Shown here: one piece after another, positions 37,823 to 49,125 of the stretch
Position numbering within the stretch: position 1 is the first letter of the stretch
Layout: every line of letters begins with the position of its first letter
Origin: Catajapyx aquilonaris
Lineage: Eukaryota
Assembly: GCA_000934665.2 (NCBI GenBank)
Contig: KZ538761.1
Span: 1-49,125 of the forward strand
Direction: 5' to 3'
DNA: 49,125 nucleotides
Notes under the pieces: model-generated
Databases searched by the model: none
Told to the model about the DNA's origin: nothing
The model's input: only the letters and a program-made list of their open reading frames with translations
Program-made: the position numbers and the translations under genes

Positions 37823-39884
37823 GGCATTTTTGCGATAGAGCGGACATGAAGCGACGATTATTTTTTAAGTTGAATACCGCATTTGATCACACCAATCGGA
37901 TGCTCAGCATCTCTACTAAACATTGCCAACCTTAAAATTGGCCAGTGTTGCTGTTCTTTGGCCCCAGCTGCTCATACGTTCAACTGTGCGCGCCAAAGGC
38001 CTTTTGGTGTCTGGGGACACGAGCGGCTTTTGGCGCCTCTGTAAGCATTGCCATTCATTCGATCACTTCTCAAGTGTGTCTGTTGGATGCAGCTTGATGT
38101 CCTCTTTCGATCGGTGTGCTTAAATTGTCGGAGGGTGATCTCTGTGTGCTTCAGTTTCAGTAACTAACCAGAGTCATCCGAAAGCTTTGGTTCGTTACCA
38201 AAAATTACACAAAATTCCTGTATACACCTTATGCCAATGATTTGGAGCGTCAAACTTGGAAACCCCTGTGGGAGTCGCGTAATACAACAGTGTCCCAAGA
38301 TTCAGCCCAATTCCATACCTCCATGTATTTATTTGGACGGTAACGAACCAAGCCATTTTCCTGCCGCCGAGTGTGCTCCCTCCGATCTCGGCTCAGATAA
38401 TAAGCAAATCCACGCCCAATAATGCAGAAATTTTTATGTAATGGTTTTCAATGGCGCTGCTTTCAGATCCGATGTCAGAAATTCAAAAATCAAAATGGTT
38501 GATCCAATATGGCAGACAGCATGTGCAGAGAATTGGACAGATATGCAGTATTAGCGTCAGAATTAGTTTACGGCGGCTTTAGAGGGCTCTGATTTCAAAT
38601 TCAATGTAAAAAAGTTACAAATCAAAGTGGCGCAATGTGTTATCCTGATATGCCCTGATGCTACCGCCGATTTTATTGGGAGGAAGGGGGAGAGATGCAG
38701 CTCTTCAATAGTTCTTATTTATGATGCTGAAAACAAATTTTCACGAATCCTTCATGTTATAAACAGTTGCCTCTATTTACAATGCCACTGCAAGGTGGGT
38801 GGTCCGGAAGTTAATTGTCTCTAGCGGTCAAGGTGGCAGGTGGTGGCAGCTAGTCTTTGGTTCTTCTCAGTCATGAGAGCCTCCCGCTTTTTATAGGCCG
38901 TAAATCAAAAAAATTTGCATTTATCTGAAATTTTGCAGGTCTGAATTTATTGGAAAATTGACTGAAATGACCCATTTTCAAATACCTTCATTTATAGGCT
39001 TAGTAAATTTTTATAGATTGTCACATTATAACTCCTTATACAGTCATATGCATATGCATTACAATGTGGTGCAGCTAAAATGGCTGTGCTCAGAGGTCAG
39101 AGGTTATAAATTTTTGAATAAACCATTATTAAAATGTTTTCCCCTCTAGTCAGTTCATAACTTCATTGATGTGTCTGTGTCAGCCTGGTCCCCAAAGGCT
39201 GGTGTGTAGGCAGGCAGCACCCTTTTCATATAATGGGTTACATCTTGGTTACATCCAACATACACAATCATCACGGCATAGTCCCATGATGAGGTATAGT
39301 CAGCGATGACCAGGTCATACGACCCAGCCATCTCAATCGACCAATACACGAGAATCCTCTGATGACTGGTCAGTGTCATGATGTGTCTCGTTTTAATTAT
39401 GTACGCCCTGAAGTGGTAAAACAGCTCACAAATACTACCCGTGAAAAGGTTCTGAACGGTGGAAAATCGCACGCCTTGGTTCGTTATTTTTTTTCTTGGT
39501 TCGTTACCGAGAGTTTTGTTGCGCTACGACGCAAAGAAAAGCAGATACCGGTTTGGCAAGGTGGCCAATGGATTCCTCGCACTTTTCTTCTCTAGAGCAT
39601 CTCTATACTGCCATCAAAACCACTTAGAATTCGCAGAGTTATTACGCAATGTAACCCGGTGCAGAAATGCGTGTCCTCGAAGGTTCGTTACCGTGTTTGT
39701 TCTCGCTCCTCGGCCGCTATTGAATGATATATTTGGTGTCGGATTTGTGGCAAAATTCAGCCCTCTGTACCTGGAACTCTATAGAAAAAAAAAAGTATCC
39801 CCAACGGTTTACCACAAGCATGGAAAATCACAATGAAAGTTGAAAAAAATCGTCCGAACCTTGGTTCGTTACCGCAAAAATGCC

Positions 39885-39885
<1 letters not shown>
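37822..39885. mobile_element. ~2-kb TIR element inserted in the SINE tail
   Basis: GGCATTTTTGCG ... CGCAAAAATGCC termini; repeated TTGGTTCGTTAC motifs; (ATT)n on both sides. Confidence 0.75.
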
Positions 39886-39951
<66 letters not shown>

Positions 39952-40456
39952 CAGAAATAAGGTAGGCTTAAATCCACCTAGCCTGGGGATATCATGAGTC
40001 AAAAAAAAGTGAGACCAGGGAAGGGCGTAGTTTACCAAATAATGGAGGAATTTGTTGTGACATCACTCAACCTCTCCTTAACTGATGTCACAATACTTCT
40101 AATTCATGTGACATTTTATCACAAAACTTTTCAAGTCGCCACAATATATTTTTTGTCAGTATCATCATTTTATTATTCAAGTCCTAACACTGCATTTTAA
40201 ATGACATAATGTAATGTTCTGCTGACATTTGCATCATGGCCACGTTGAGCCTGGGACTACCCAGGAATAATTTGGAACATGCTTCTGAATAACACCTTTT
40301 AATGGCACTATAGATCCTTCCTAATATGCCCTAGTTCCCCTTATCCCCAAAATACCTGGGAACACCAACAATGTTTCTGAATATGCCCCTTTTGATATTG
40401 AGAAAGATAGAGAAGCCAACTGGCTAGTGAATTTATTTAGCTGCAGTGTGGCACTA

Positions 40457-40459
<3 letters not shown>

Positions 40460-40492
<33 letters not shown>

Positions 40493-40772
40493 TAATTCAT
40501 ACCCCATTATCAGCCTTTTTCGGCTCTTTAGGGGGGAAGTTTTCTTTTGTCTGGAACTCTTTGCTTTCATTTTACTGCACTTTTTGGGATGGGATAGGGA
40601 CGGAAGGAAGCGGCTGTGGCCTGTTAGTTACGGAAACAACTCCGGAATTTTCCTGGATGGACCGTGGGAAACCACAGAAAACCACGGTCAGAGTTGCCGG
40701 CCCCGGGATTCGAACCCAGGACCTCCCGATTAGTAGTCGGACGCCTTATCCACTATGCCAACCTGCTTCGGT
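40460..40772 (-). mobile_element. tRNA-derived SINE, family C
   Basis: Head TGGCATAGTGG / GGTTCGAATCCC; 14-bp TSD GTGTGGCACTAATT; (ATT)n tail. Confidence 0.9.
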
Positions 40773-41458
40773 GTGTGGCACTAATTTAGTGGGAGCTAAT
40801 TAGTCAGCTAGTGGCCTGAAAAGTTAGCGAAAACAGCTAATCAGCTAACGAAAAGTTAGTTCAGCTGTTAGCTGATTAGAGGAGCTAATGCCCACCTTTG
40901 ATTGCATGTAAAGTGAAGCAACGAGTGGAGAAAGTCTTATTCGGATTGTTCTAACATTCTATACTGTATATATGATGCCTTATATCGTCTGTCATAATTA
41001 AAATTTTACACTGAACTATTTTTTTCTGTCATAGTTTCCGCCTTCTAACGCATGCCTTAAAATATTATGAAAATATCATCAGTAGATCAACCTCAGGAAC
41101 AAATGGGTTAAGCAGGAACTTTAGAATTGTTACTTTTAATGGTTATCAAAAATATACATAGGTTGCCAATATTAGGTACTTTTTAACACCTGCAAAGGGG
41201 CTTGACCTGAATAAGGTGGGATCTACCATTAAAGTTTGATGCCAGTTTTTCCAATCGCCATTCCCAATAATAAATTCATTGCAATTTTGACCTTGGATGG
41301 GTGATTCCATTTGGTCTAACATTAGCAGCTAATATATTTGATAACCATTAAAAATGACAATTCCAAAGTAACTGCTTAATAATTAGTTTAATACAAAAAA
41401 TAGCTACAGCAATCAGACAAGTATTTTGGATCACCCTGTAGATATATACCTCAAATGA

Positions 41459-41732
41459 ACCGAAGCAGTTTGGAGTAGGGGATACGGTGTCCGACTGCTA
41501 ATCGGGAGGTCCTGGGATCAAATCCCGGGGCCGGAAACTCTGACCGTGGTTTTCTGTGGTTTCCCACGGTTCTTCCAGGAAAATTCCGGAGTTGTTTCCA
41601 TAATTAATAGGCCACAGCCACTTCCTTCCGTCCCTATCCTATCCCAAAAAGCGCAGTAAAATGAAAGCAAAGAGTTCCAGGCAAAACAAAACTTCCCCCC
41701 TAAAGAGCCGATAGGCTGATAACGGGGTAGGA

Positions 41733-41801
<69 letters not shown>

Positions 41802-41812
41802 ATAATAATATT
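41459..41812 (+). mobile_element. tRNA-derived SINE, family C
   Basis: Inverted copy of 40460-40772; TSD TCAAATGA; long (ATT)n tail. Confidence 0.9.
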
Positions 41813-41836
41813 TCAAATGATGACAAACTTTTCCAG

Positions 41837-42283
41837 CTTCCCATCCCAACAAAAAAGAAGAAAATCAATAAAGGTGATGAAGGCACCAAGGATAGACCTG
41901 AACATAGTCAAGTGCGAATTAAGCAAGAGCCACTTGATATTGATGTGGATGAAGGTGATGTGTTCTGCCCCGAAGTACTCTATTCATTAACTGGGAACAC
42001 GTCTTCTGCAAAGGAAGATTTCAAGGAACTCAACAAACAAGTACAAATTAATCAGGAGCCATTTGACATCGAGGAGGATGAGGGCGATGTATTCCACCCC
42101 AAGGGACTTGATGCATTAGCTGGGAACATGCCCTGTCTCCAGGAAGAAGCCACGGTAGAGAATGGCAAGGGTGGCAAAGGCAAGGGACTATCCCGCAAGG
42201 CAGCAAAAGCACCTTCTACTACATTAGAATGTGAAAGAGTTGCCAAGCCTATGAACATACTGCACACACCAGGATTTCGTCGT
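41837..42283 (+). CDS. CENPX: CENP-X-like gene, upstream coding exon (Lys-rich/acidic region ending ...MNILHTPGFRR); 5' extent uncertain
   Basis: Acceptor ttttccAG|CTT, 149 open codons, then donor CGT|GTAAGT in phase 0. GFRR spliced to ATISAVL matches the CENP-X N-terminal motif GFRKELVSRLL. In-frame ATGs at 42128 and 42251. Confidence 0.75.
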
Positions 42284-42429
42284 GTAAGTATAGTCTCACT
42301 GACAGTACTTGTACATGGCTGTATGGGTACTAGCAGCATGGAAATGGTTCGGACACTTGTCAATGGTCAGTCTGCCCACAAGGGTCTGGACCATGGTCTT
42401 AGAATACTAAGGTCTGGTCACTCCCTCTT

Positions 42430-42730
42430 ATTGCCTGCTGGGGCGTTTTGCATGAGGTGCTCACTTGAGAGAGCCATGAGACTCTTTCACTGCTACATTA
42501 TGTGGCGACCCTACCGGACAGCGCTGAACGTTATAGGTACAAAAGGGAAGATCTACATTGGGGGACCCAACATGGTCGCCGGCGGCCATGTTGGGCCAGC
42601 ATGTAGTGGCTTCCCTTCTACGTAAGTTTAGCACAGTCCGGTAGGGTCGCCACATAATGTAGCAGTGAAAGGCCGTCTCATGGCGCTCTCAAGTGAGCAC
42701 CTCATGCAAAACACCCCGGCAGGCGATCAG
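42430..42730. repeat. Intronic hairpin, transposon-derived
   Basis: Palindrome centred on CCAACATGGTCGCCGGCGGCCATGTTGG; the right half matches ~10595-10790. Confidence 0.8.
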
Positions 42731-43239
42731 ATCTGATTATAGGGGTAGTGTCCGGGGGCTGGTCTGGACCCTTTCCATGCCAATAGTACCTATAATGTCT
42801 AGAATTCCGGAATCTACCATTTTGACCTTGGGTTATTGAATTACACTGCGCGGATGATCCATGTTTCGGATTATCCTTGCATCGCCAAAACAAGGCAAAT
42901 AAATAAAAGTCTGGAAAAATGTCAATATGTCTTGCAAACAAAGAAATATAACTGACTTTTTCCAGAAGACAAACTGAAAATGTGTGGGAAGTTTCATTAT
43001 TTTGATAAAATCATATTTAAAGCAGTTTACACTATGTACAGTACCGTAGTTCATTTAAAACCTCTTAATATCTCACTTTTACGGTATCTAGAACCATTTT
43101 CCGATTATGCATGTTTTCAAATTATCTGGCAACACTTGTGCAGTCATTAGCCTGGATAATCTGGAGTACAGTGTCACAGCTCGTCACTGTAGGCACATAG
43201 AGGTTCTCCCTTATTTAGAATTGGGAAGGTACACTGCCT

Positions 43240-43358
43240 GTTAAACAGTACTCGCAAATAATTTAACCGGTGGTTGAACAGTACTCGCAAATAATTTAAC
43301 AGGAGGTTAATCAGCACTCGCAAATAATTTAACAAGAGGTTAAACAGTACTCGCAAAA
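43240..43358. repeat. 33-bp minisatellite, about 3.5 copies
   Basis: Unit gttaaacagtactcgcaaataatttaacaggag with variants. Confidence 0.85.
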
Positions 43359-44155
43359 CTAATATAAGGATGTACAAGTAGTTTTACCGTTGGGTACCGT
43401 TGTGTAGTTAATGCCTTTAAAGTTTTGTGACTTCACATCTCCTCTGCCAGTTTCAAAGAAGCAAAAGTCAGCTCGAGGGCCTCCAAATAATCCAACCTTG
43501 AGTCTGTAATGCATCGCCCATGTACAATAGGGGATAAAATCCCGTCAGAGTAAGAATCTGGGTGTGACACCCGTGCACTTTGTCTTTGCTTGCCTTATAT
43601 GCCACCATCTGACACTCTACACTTTAAAGGCTCCGTACACATTAACTATGCAACGGAGTCCAAACCTAATTGCACATCCCTAGATTAGTTTTACGAGTAG
43701 GCCTACTGTCAATCTGCCTGACGATTGTCTGTGAGAATTCCTTCACCCTGTATATTGACTGACCCTCGTAGTAACCAACTTTTATGATAATAATATTGCA
43801 GACTTGAGGCACATTTACAGCACAAGACAATTTCTGGCCATTTAATATGGTCACTGCTGAGCCCCATGAACCTTCTCAAATAATAAAAATTTGAGATATG
43901 AAATGCCAAAATTATACACATAGGTTGGAAAAGTAAAATTTTTGGCCATCATGCTTTGTCATCTCAGGCCACTCACATGTAACAAGCAGCAATTACTTAT
44001 CTCAACTACTACATATTATACCGTGACTATTTTTGGAATCTTGGAAAAATAATGATATAAGCAGAATTTTTATAAATGGTACACCTTCATCGTCTATCCA
44101 TCCACCCTGTATTTCATATCATAGTCATTCCATTCACTTCTTAATTTTTCACCAG

Positions 44156-44350
44156 GCTACCATCAGTGCTGTGCTAAAATTGGGCTTCCAGAAGAAGCAG
44201 CGCATCATAAAGAAACCGTCTCTAGTCATGATGGCAGAAGTGGTCCGCATATTCGTAATTGAAGCCTTTTTTAGAGCGATTAAGGCAGCAAATCAAGAGA
44301 GCTCAGATGCTGTTAGTGTGGAGCACTTGCTCAAAATAACACCTGGATTG
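44156..44350 (+). CDS. CENPX: CENP-X/MHF2 histone-fold exon
   Basis: Bounded by ttaatttttcaccAG| and TTG|GTAAAT. Encodes ATISAVLKLGFQKKQRIIKKPSLVMMAEVVRIFVIEAFFRAIKAANQESSDAVSVEHLLKITPGL, which is colinear with CENP-X as recalled (ELVSRLLHLHF...LMVELLKVFVVEAAVR...VDVDQLEKVLPQL). Confidence 0.9.
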
Positions 44351-44669
44351 GTAAATGTCTCCTTTGCAATCTAGCTAGTTGATAAGGGGAGGGTCAAGTC
44401 TCGTTTGCAAAGAATGAAGTGGCGAGCCCTCAAGCACAGTGGCAAGAGACGGGGTGATCCCTAAAAAATGGATGCCACATCTTAGTGACCATCTAGTAAT
44501 GTAGTAGTGCTTTTCATCTCTCTTGGGGTATACAGTATTACACAGAACATTATTAATATCGTTTCTTGTGTACAGTTCATTGAAATAGGGAAGGGGGAAG
44601 GTTTCCAAATGACAATGCTACAATGGGGGGAAACTTTGCAGCCTTGTCTTACATTATTTTCTGTTTCAG

Positions 44670-44684
44670 ATGCTCGACTTCTAA
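44670..44684 (+). CDS. CENPX: CENP-X terminal micro-exon MLDF*
   Basis: ttattttctgtttcAG|ATG CTC GAC TTC TAA in phase 0. Completes the conserved CENP-X C-terminus (LLDF*). Confidence 0.88.
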   Translation: MLDF

Positions 44685-45283
44685 TGAACATGAAACTGCA
44701 CAACAGACACTTCATGATTTATGGAACATTTAAAAATATCTGAGACTGTTGAGTACACAAGTTTTGTACACAATTGAGAGAATAATAGGAGATTCACAAT
44801 TTCGTGAAGATGGGATTAAAATCTAGGGTTTCACTGGTGTAATTGTTGTGGCTAGCAGGCTTTCAAAATATCGTGATTTTTTTTTTCCAAAGTGACCAAT
44901 GAGTGAAAAAGGTTTCATTAATTTTGCTGTTTCTTTTTGTTAAAAAAGCTTTGCAACCCACACATGCTCAACTTCCAAAACTTTGCAGGTTGTGAACTTT
45001 TTTCCCCCACTTTCTATGAAAAGCCTCATGAGGGAAGACTAATAGTCTATACCAGTTGTTCCCAAAGTTAATGGGATACTTTAGGCATGCCTATCCGACT
45101 CATATTCCTATTTAACTTAGGTTCAGCCACTACCTGCAGTGGCATGATTTTATTCTGGGTTAGCTTGTGGTTCCCGTCATCGCTGACTACCCCTTTATAG
45201 GGAAATGTCGTGATGGTGTTGTTGTTGTTGTTGTTTAAATTACCTATTTTGGCGTCAGAACCTAAATGGAATATTAGCAACTA

Positions 45284-46190
45284 CAAGGTGTGATCAAAAA
45301 GTTCCCGGACTGTCGATATACCGTGCAAACCAGTGGAGCTACGAACTTGTGACGTTAGGGGGCGCTAGGTACTTTCATCTATTAGTCTGAAAAATCTCGT
45401 CTTCATAGGTGCACATGTTTCCGAGTTTCGGCAGTTTTCTTGACACCGTGTTGTTGTGCTTCTGCGATTTTTCGAAATGGCTGATGTTAGGGAGCAAAAG
45501 ATTTGTATTAAATTTTGCTTCCAGCTCAACAAAACTTCGGTTGCAACCAACCGAATGCTGAACAAGGCTTTTTATGAGCAAGTTGTAAGACAAGCATTAA
45601 CATATGAGTGGTTTAACAGCTTCAAAGGTGGCGCGCCAAGTTCGCGGCAAAATCAACTCAATGCTGTTCATTTTCTTTGACGTTATAGGAATTGTGCATA
45701 TGGAGTTTCTCCCTCCTGGTAAAACTGTCAACAGCAAATGTTACTGCGATGGTTTGAGACGATTTAGCCTCAAATGGCCGGAGATGTGGAAGAACATAGA
45801 CTGGTTGCTGCACCATGACAATGCCGCCTGCACACACCTCAAGTGTAGTCAGGGACTTCCTGATAAAAAATAACATGACCACTGTTCCCCACCCTGCATA
45901 TTCGTTTGTCCTGGAACCACGTGATTTCTACCTCTTCCCTCAAATGAAATTTGGGTAGAAAAGGAGGCATTTTGAATCCACTAAAGAGGTCTAAGCAAAA
46001 TCGCAGCAGGTGTTGAACACACTACTGTTGGTCAAATTTTTTTTAGGTGCTTCCAAAAATGGGAAATTCGCTGGAATTGTTGTATACGTGCCCAAGGTGA
46101 CTACTTTGAAGGTGGCAGTGGAAATTAGGACTTAAAGTAAATATTAATGTTTTTATGAACACAGTCCGGGAACTTTTCAATCACACCTCG
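45284..46190 (+). mobile_element. Internally deleted mariner transposon
   Basis: TA-flanked TIR C(A/G)AGGTGTGAT..AAAAGTTCCCGGACTG. Transposase remnants EQKICIKFCF, MLFIFFDVIGIVHMEFLPPGKTVNS, LLHHDNA and PHPAYS. Confidence 0.95.
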
Positions 46191-46755
46191 TATGTGCACG
46201 TTTTTGACCCCGTTCTGTACGATTTTCGAGAGTTTTCGCGGGTTTTCCATTCAAGACATCCCTGCCCATTCAACCTGCGAAGGGCGAAGAGTATTAAGAT
46301 GTATTGTCATTTGTCAGTCAGGGGTTGCTTACTAGCCAACGAATACATGGAACAAATCTGGAGTGTTCCTGTGCTACAAAATTCCATGGCCAAGAGTAGG
46401 CTGTATAAGGATTTTTTAAAATTAGGACCTGCTTGATTTTTACTGCCTATTTAAGAACCTATTTTGACTGTTTTTAGGACCTATTTGGGGTTTTATTAGA
46501 ACCTAAAAATTCGTTCTTTACTAATGAGGCATTCATATCGTCGGCATTAAGGAGAAAGGGCAAATAGACAATTTTTCACAAAATTGCGAAAATGTATAAG
46601 TACATTAAGTTGACATCACCTACCACATGTTTTGGTGAAACAGCCGATGTGTAGGTGGAACAATGTGCCTGTACAGGAGTGGTTCCAGCGAGTATCCAAA
46701 AAAAGTGTAAGGAGAAAGGGCAAATATACGATGTGCTAAGGGAAAAATTTGGCCC

Positions 46756-48291
46756 AAACTTTGCATTTTGTGATAAAAATGTGAAACTCGGTACTCTCGT
46801 TCTTTGGACACTTATGAGCATATTTGGACGTGTGGCGATGCTGGGTGACCCAGCTGGAGGTCACTTTAGCAGGGTTGCCAAATTGAACTAGTGCAGCATA
46901 CCTTTACATGAATAAGGACCTTGCATTTGGTGATAAAGACGTGAAACGTGGTACACTAGTTCTTTGGACATATATGAACATATCTGGACGTGGAGCCACG
47001 ATGTCCGACACTGCCAGGGGTCTCTATCGCAGGATTGCCATACTAACAGACTGTGCAACATGAGTTTTTATTTGGATAGTGAGCTTGCATTCGGTGATAA
47101 AGACATTAAACTCGGTTACACCAGATATTTGGAGCCTTCTAAACATATCTGGACGTGGAGCCACGATGGCCGACCCCGCTGGGGCTCCCTATTCAAATAT
47201 AAACGCATGTTTCACAGTTTTTAAATATGGTAACCCTGCGAAAGTGATTATCAGCTGGGTTGGTGATCATGGCCCCACGTCCAGATATCTTCAGAAGTGT
47301 CCAAAGACTAATCGTGGCGACATTCACGTCTTTATCACCGACTTCAAGCTCACTATTCAAATATAAATGCATGTTTCACAGTCTGTTTGATTTTTTAAAT
47401 AAGTAATATTTGTTTATTATTATTATTTGTTTTACCCCATGATAGGCCTACATAGGCCCTGTTGGGGGGTGGTACACCACCATCAATTTTCTTGTATTAT
47501 TTTTCTTTCCTCCAGTGCAAGGAGACAGGATAGGGATAATGAGGGGGGGACACTGGTGCAGGTGCAATGTCTCAAGTTGGGGGTCGTGTGCAGTCCCTCA
47601 GGGGGCCCGTTCACCAAGATGACCCGCTGGATGCTGGTCAGAAACCCCCCACCGACACTGCATCTCCTCATGGACAGGACAAGGGTAGGAAAGGAAGGAA
47701 GCGGCTGTGGCCTATTATTTAGGAAGCAATCCCAGAATTCTCTTGGGGGGACCGTGGGAAACCACAGAAAACCACGGTTATGATTGCTGGGCCCGGGACT
47801 CGAACCCAGGACCTCCCGATTAGCAGTCGAACACCTTATCTACTCCACAAACTGCTTTGGTAGTTTGTTGAATTTGGCAACCCCGCGATAGTGAGCTCCA
47901 GCGAGGTGGGCCATTGTGGCTCCATGTCCAGATATGTTCAGAAGTGTCCAAAGAACTAGTGCACCGAGATTTTTACGTCTTTATCACCGAATCGAAGCTC
48001 CCTATTCAAATAGAAATGCATGTTGCGCTTGTCAGATATGGCAACCCAGTGAGTGACTCACAGCGGGGTTATCCATCGTGGTCTCACTTCCAGACATGTT
48101 CATAAGTGTCCAATGACCAATTGCTGCGAATTTCAAGTTTTTATCACCGAATGCAATGACCTAATTCATGTAAGGTCTGCGTTGCATCAGTTGGATTTGG
48201 CAATCCCGCGAAAGTGACCTCCAAATATGCACAGAAGTGTCCAAAGAATGAGTGTCCAGAGTTTCATACTTTTATCCCAAAATGCAAAGTT
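46756..48291. mobile_element. Fold-back element built from diverged direct sub-repeats in each arm
   Basis: Unit ttgcatt.ggtgataaagac.tgaaac...tctttggacac recurs near 46760, 46920 and 47085, and in reverse between ~47230 and 48290. Confidence 0.7.
47392..47861 (-). mobile_element. Chimeric SINE: family C head with a family B-like 3' part
   Basis: 47690-47861 matches 40600-40772, while 47432-47600 resembles 18732-18920. Confidence 0.75.
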
Positions 48292-48375
48292 AAAACCCTT
48301 AGCATCCGGACTATTATAAACAATTTAGGAAGAAGGGCGAATATCCATTCAATTTGTTCACTTAAATATGTTATA

Positions 48376-48560
48376 CAGGGTGTATCTGAACTCACAAGGG
48401 AATGATCCGCACCAACATGTCACCGATCGGACCCAAAATTACAGGGCTGGTCAATTGTAGGCCAGGTATGAATATGTGAAAGTGACAACCGTCACTACTC
48501 AAGCATTGTCGAGTAATTAGCAATTACAAGTGGCCCCTTAACCAAGGCGACGGGGATAAT
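48376..48560. mobile_element. Left end of a CAGGGTG Tc1/mariner-type element; right end not found
   Basis: TA|CAGGGTGTATCTGAAC terminus like the other MITEs in the window. Confidence 0.45.
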
Positions 48561-49125
48561 TGGCGAATTGGAACGTAATAAACAAAGTCTATGTCGAGTG
48601 GCCCTACTGGCCCAGTTGGTAACGCTGCTGTTTACATATAAAAGCACGGTCTTAGAAGATCAAAGGGTCGTAGGTTCGAGCCTCATCGGAGACCCGTTTC
48701 CATTTTCGATTTTTTTTTTCTTCCCCCTCCCCCTTTTCTTTCGTCTTTTTCGTCTTTTTCTTCGTGTCTTCCTCTTTTACTCCCTTTCTTATGTCAACCA
48801 GGTATAATTTCTTGACTCTCGCAAACAACCGACAGAAAACTTGTTAGATTATTCTTTTCCTTCTAACTCTACATATCTATACCAGCATAGGCCATTCTGT
48901 AACACTTTTTGGCACTCGGGTCGAAATGTTACGTCAGTTACTGCCGCGGGTAAGCAGGTGCCTGTCCCGCTCCCTATATAGTAGCCTACTTTGCTATGGG
49001 AAGACGTATTAATTTGTAAGTCCCAACGGAGCAGTCAATGAATGGTTCGGCGTACAGGTCTTTCCCTCACAGGTCACAAGGTAGCCGGTTGTAGCAGACG
49101 AGTTATAGCTCACTGTTCCTGCCTG

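Noticed and set aside
37613..37849. Poly-Y and poly-N ORFs (also 39757-40038)
   Set aside because: These are translations of (ATT)n SINE tails.
39362..39448. Candidate first coding exon for CENP-X (MTGQCHDVSRFNYVRPEVVKQLTNTTREK|gt, phase 0)
   Set aside because: The donor is weak (GTTCTG) and the segment lies inside the TIR element 37822-39885, so it cannot be supported without transcripts.
41912..42625. 237-aa ORF treated as a single-exon gene
   Set aside because: After the GTAAGT donor at 42284 it reads through intron and a transposon hairpin; only the 5' part is likely exon.

Overview
This window is eukaryotic, probably arthropod, genomic DNA; the taxon is inferred from the transposon types. 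It is dominated by transposable elements, often nested: many TA-flanked Tc1/mariner MITEs and deletion derivatives, piggyBac-, Kolobok-, Harbinger- and hAT-type non-autonomous elements, two kb-scale fold-back elements, at least three tRNA-derived SINE families and one internally deleted LINE. Most ORFs in the supplied track are by-products of these repeats. The one recognisable host gene is a spliced CENP-X/MHF2 (STRA13) histone-fold gene on the + strand, with exons at 41837-42283, 44156-44350 and 44670-44684. Its reading frame stays open far upstream of the canonical start, through an acidic 43-aa duplicated module. A diverged copy of its last exon and 3' flank lies at about 2150-2566, which suggests a tandem CENP-X paralog beginning upstream of the window. 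Other points of interest are a 3' tail shared by the LINE and several SINE families, an orphan 232-codon ORF, and an inverted, diverged duplicate of an exon-like segment. All calls were made by eye; no database searches were run.
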